Shown one piece after another: positions 60,483-64,000 of a stretch of DNA of 64,000 nucleotides (positions are counted from its first letter, which is position 1; each line of letters starts with the position of its first letter). The position numbers and the translations under genes are program-made. Source of the stretch: Anthoceros angustus (lineage: Eukaryota > Plantae > Anthocerotophyta); contig MU008154.1 in NCBI GenBank assembly GCA_010909165.1, positions 434,001 through 498,000 of the forward strand. Direction: 5' to 3'. The notes beneath the pieces were generated by a model. The model saw only the letters and a program-made list of their open reading frames with translations. It was not told the DNA's origin and searched no databases.

Positions 60483-62780
60483 GTGGGTGCTACATCCGAA
60501 GATTATTTTCGGGGAAATGTGGGCAGGCATGATGGACGTGTGATGGCTGCCAGCCCTGTGCTGCAAACCAAGTTTGCGCTAGCGTACGGGGGCAGTTTGA
60601 GGGTTGAGCAAGATGCGGTGTGGATGAATGACAAGCATGATGCTGTACCCAAGCAGAGATTGTGGATTGAGGATGGGTTCATCTGTGTGACAGGAGCAGG
60701 GGTTGGGCATCAAGGATTGACATCGAAGGAGAGGCAGGAGCTGCTGTGGCAGGCCTTCTTCTCGGATCCGGCGCAGTGGTGGGACAACAGGAAGGAAAAG
60801 AGAAGTCCCCGCCATCCGGATTTCCGGCACAAGGGGTCGAAGAAGGCCCTGTGGGTGAACAATCGTCACAAGCCTGGCTGGCTGGATTCGCAGCTGGCCA
60901 TTTGGGATGGGACGGCCTCCAGCTCGGGATCCGAGACGGCAGCTGGCCGTGAAGGGGGCTTGGAGGTGGTGGCAGGGGGCATGCTGTGTGGAAACGGGGG
61001 GCTTGCTGAGGTGGTGGATGCGTTGAATGTCTTGGTGCGTCGAGGGTGTCATGTCGACAGTTCCCTTCTCTATCCTGTGGTTAAGAGGTGCTTAGCTGAG
61101 AAGGATTTGGTCGTTGGCAGGCGTGTTCATGACCTAATTCTGCAGAGTGGGAATGTGGCCGACCCGTTTTTGGCGAACCATATTATTCGCATGTATGCTT
61201 CTCATGCCATGTTGGAGGAAGCGAGGCAGGTGTTTGGCAACCTGGGTGTAGCCAATGCGTTTGTGTGGGCTTCCATTATCAAGGCGCATGCTGACCATGG
61301 GCAGCCGGCTCGGGCTGTCCGCCTGTACAGACAGATGGGATTTTCGGCAGTGAAGCCCAACGATTACGTGTTCGTGGCAGTGCTCAAAGCATGTGCCGCT
61401 GCAGCAGATCTGGTTTCCGGCAAGGAGGTACATGCTGACATTATGCGGAGTGTGGATTGCCCTGACATGTTTGTAGGAGTTGCCTGATAGACATGTATGC
61501 CAATGCGGGAGCTTGGAGGACGCTCGCAGCGTTTTTGACAGCATGGCCACGAAAGATGTGGTCGCGTGGACTGCCCTGATCTCAGGGTACGTGCAGCATG
61601 AGCTCGGTCCAGAAGCCCTTAAACTCTATAGAAGCATGCAACAGGAGGGCCTTGAGGCGGCTGATCGTGCTACCTTTATATGCCTCTTGAAGGCCTGTGG
61701 GAGTGTTGCAGCTTTACATCAAGGGAAGCAGCTACATTCTTTGATTGAGAGAAAGGGACTGGACGGTGATATACTAGTTGGTAGCTGTTTGGTAGATATG
61801 TATGCAAAATGCGGGAGTCTAGAGGATGCTCGTGGAGTGTTTGCCAGATTGGCAACCAGAGATGTGGTGGCATGGACTGCTTTGCTGAATGGTTATGCCA
61901 AACATGGTGAGGTAAGGCAGCAATACGGTGCTTTGAAGAGATGTTGCATCAAGGTGTGAAGCCCAACGCTGCTACCTTTGTTTCTCTGCTGGTGGCGTGT
62001 TGTCATGAAGGCTTGCTGAAGGAGGGGCAGAGGTATTTCAAGATGATGGTGGAGGAGCAGGGCATTGCACCCACAGATTCTCACTACAACTGCATGGTTG
62101 ACCTTCTTGGGCGGTCAGGCCGTCTGGACGAGGCAGAAAGTATGCTGCGGACCATGCCTTTTGAGAGCGAGTTTGTCGGATGGACATCCTTGCTAAGTTC
62201 GTGTAAAAGCTACAGTGACATAGAGCGGGGAAGGAGATGTTTTGACCGTCTGACAGCATTGGAACCAGGAAACGCAGCTGCCTATGTAGCCTTAGGAAGC
62301 ATTTATGCCAAAGCTGGCAGGTGGAAGGATGTAGACACGATAGAGATGCTGAGAAAGTCAGCAGCTGCTTGGAAGAAGCCCGCCAAGGCATGCATCGAAG
62401 TGAAGGATGAAGTGCACGAGTTCACTGTTGGAGAGGAGAGGCCTGATATTTCATCAGCGTTGAGGAGCATGAACTCTCGTGTGAAGGACGAAGGGGGCCA
62501 TGTTCCTCAGACAGAAGTCGTGCTGAAGGCCATGTCTGACAGTGACAAGGAAGATGCACTGTGTGGACATGCTGAGAAACTGGCCTTGGCTTATGGTCTC
62601 CTGAACACTCCCGGTGGCACAACTTTGGTAGTAACCAAGAACCTCCGGATGTGCAATGACTGCCACAGCAGCACCAAGATCCTGTCACACCTGGAGAAGC
62701 GAGAGATCGTTGTAAGAGATGCGCACCGTGTGCATCATTTCCTGGACGGGTCGTGTTCTTGTGGGGATCGGCACCAATGA
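60483..62780 (+). CDS. PDF-motif / PLS-PPR / E1-E2 / DYW:KP protein, copy 2
   Basis: ORFs 60483-61487, 61480-61959 and 61941-62780. Its three 1-nt deletions (~61477, ~61502, ~61912) are all intact in copy 1, so a composite full ORF of ~746 aa from ATG 60543 can be rebuilt. Ends GDRHQ*. Confidence 0.92.
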
Positions 62781-63066
62781 CAGGACGGAGGCTACAAGGA
62801 AATTCGGAACTGACATTTAAATAGTGATTAACGAGTGCGTATGATGAAAGGGAGATCCTTGATCCCGATCTCTGTGAGCGGGCCATTTGCCGTGGGCTCA
62901 CGAATGTCAGTTCCGGGTTCTCTTGTAGCCTCCGTTCTGGCTTTATTGCCGATTTTCACAAGAACGAGATTCGTTGGCCATTCACATTGGGCTCACGGGG
63001 ATGTCAGGGTTTTCTTTAGCCGCCGTTCTGGCGTACCCAGTCCCGATCCCCACAAGAACAAGACCC
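62755..63066 (+). repeat. Inverted copies of the DYW 3' end in the PPR downstream region (mirror at ~6120-6460)
   Basis: 62755-62817 pairs with 62903-62965 (85-nt loop). 63043-63066 is antisense to 62748-62771 at 23 of 24 positions. Confidence 0.85.
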
Positions 63067-63617
63067 CTTGTAAATGGCCCGCCCACAGAGATCGGCTCGA
63101 GTCCTCCACAATGGCATCCCGAGGGTGAACTGCGTAGCTCAACCGGTCACACAAGATGCCTACAGACATGAGGTTACAAGATGCCGGCAGATGGTATCCC
63201 AACACAAAATGCCTACAGGATTGCGATTCCTACAAAAACACCAGCATGATTTTTTCTGCTGCTTACAAGCCTACCAGATTCCCTCCTACATCCTACCAGC
63301 AAGCTGGTCCCAGTGCTACCTATAGCAGCTACCAAAAAGATAGCAGCTACCTTTTTGGCAGCTGCTACAGGTAGCTCTGGGATTTGACGTAGCCCGGATT
63401 ACAGGCTGCTTGGCTACGTCTGTCCACCTACGCCTATATATGTAGATTAATGAGTGGGTATTAGTAAGACGCAAACCTAATGTATGGTGTGAGACAAGGA
63501 GGAAGTGACCGTTGATTACGTGCTGCGAGATTTGGAGAAAAACGACGTGGAGGAGTGTTACATGTACAGAAGAAGGATACAGGCCTCGTGGTGCTGGATG
63601 TTGTTGCATCCAGCACT

Positions 63618-64000
63618 ATGGATGCTGTGGTTGCCGCGGCTGTTGAGGAAATAGCACTGGAAGGACCGTCAGGTTTGCCATTTGGTTGTTGCTTGTGAAA
63701 GTTGTGGCAAATTTGTGTGTTTTCTGTGGAATTGCGGAACCTCAAGGTGCAGGGGCGGCTGCAGGGTGCCCGTTGCCCAAATTATGGGGACTGTTGCAAG
63801 GTGTCGCTGTGAACTCGGAGTTTCCGCTGAATGGGGATGGCAAGCAATTGGTGTGGCAGGCGTTGGTCAATGTGCCGGGTCTGGTTCTGCTTGGCTGGAA
63901 GCTGGGGGAGGAAGAATGTCCTCAGCCAGATCCCGTTCCGGCATCAGGTGCGGCTTTCCAGAATGTGAAGGAGGTGGAGAGGTTGGGTTTGCTGGTTCTG
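63618..64000 (+). CDS. GTF3C1: TFIIIC subunit 1 (B-block binding subunit), 5' end, truncated by the window edge
   Basis: Manual splice (intron 63673-63764, GT-AG) gives MDAVVAAAVEEIALEGPSGCPLPKLWGLLQ..KQLVWQALVNVPGLVL, matching the GTF3C1 N-terminus pattern MD....LDEVALEG..G..L..LW..L...LW.AL...P. Confidence 0.8.

Larger units (their letters stand above)
58417..63360. repeat. Right arm of the inverted segmental duplication
   Basis: Reverse complement of about 5900-11624, without the 867-bp internal tandem duplication. Confidence 0.93.

Overview
Gene-dense land-plant nuclear DNA with short GT-AG introns. A DRH-ending DYW:KP PPR gene points to a hornwort-like or other U-to-C-editing seed-free plant (inference). 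The single-copy core (about 36-56 kb) holds intact genes: BDP1-like, IGHMBP2-like helicase, SKIP5-like F-box, a VOC/glyoxalase, RBL/RBBP5, an intronless 7-TM protein resembling PHTF, and FRIGIDA-like. BABAM1-like and KING1-like genes lie at 11.3-14.3 kb, and the start of TFIIIC subunit 1 is at the right edge. A roughly 5 kb inverted duplication (about 5.9-11.6 kb vs 58.4-63.4 kb) carries a PLS-PPR-E1-E2-DYW:KP gene with an N-terminal OSB-type PDF motif, an orphan coiled-coil ORF and a gyrA fragment. An intronless alpha-glucan water dikinase (GWD) is present as a scrambled mosaic of partial copies joined at 5-14 nt microhomologies, followed by a duplicated tRNA-Leu(AAG). Several other tandem duplications, LINE and Copia remnants, hairpins, a 20 x 23-bp minisatellite and a 690-aa orphan ORF are also present. 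Caveat: 1-2 nt deletions cluster in the duplicated segments while long single-copy ORFs are clean, so many frameshifts, and possibly some duplications, may be long-read consensus or assembly artefacts. All family assignments are from motif recognition by eye; no database search was run.
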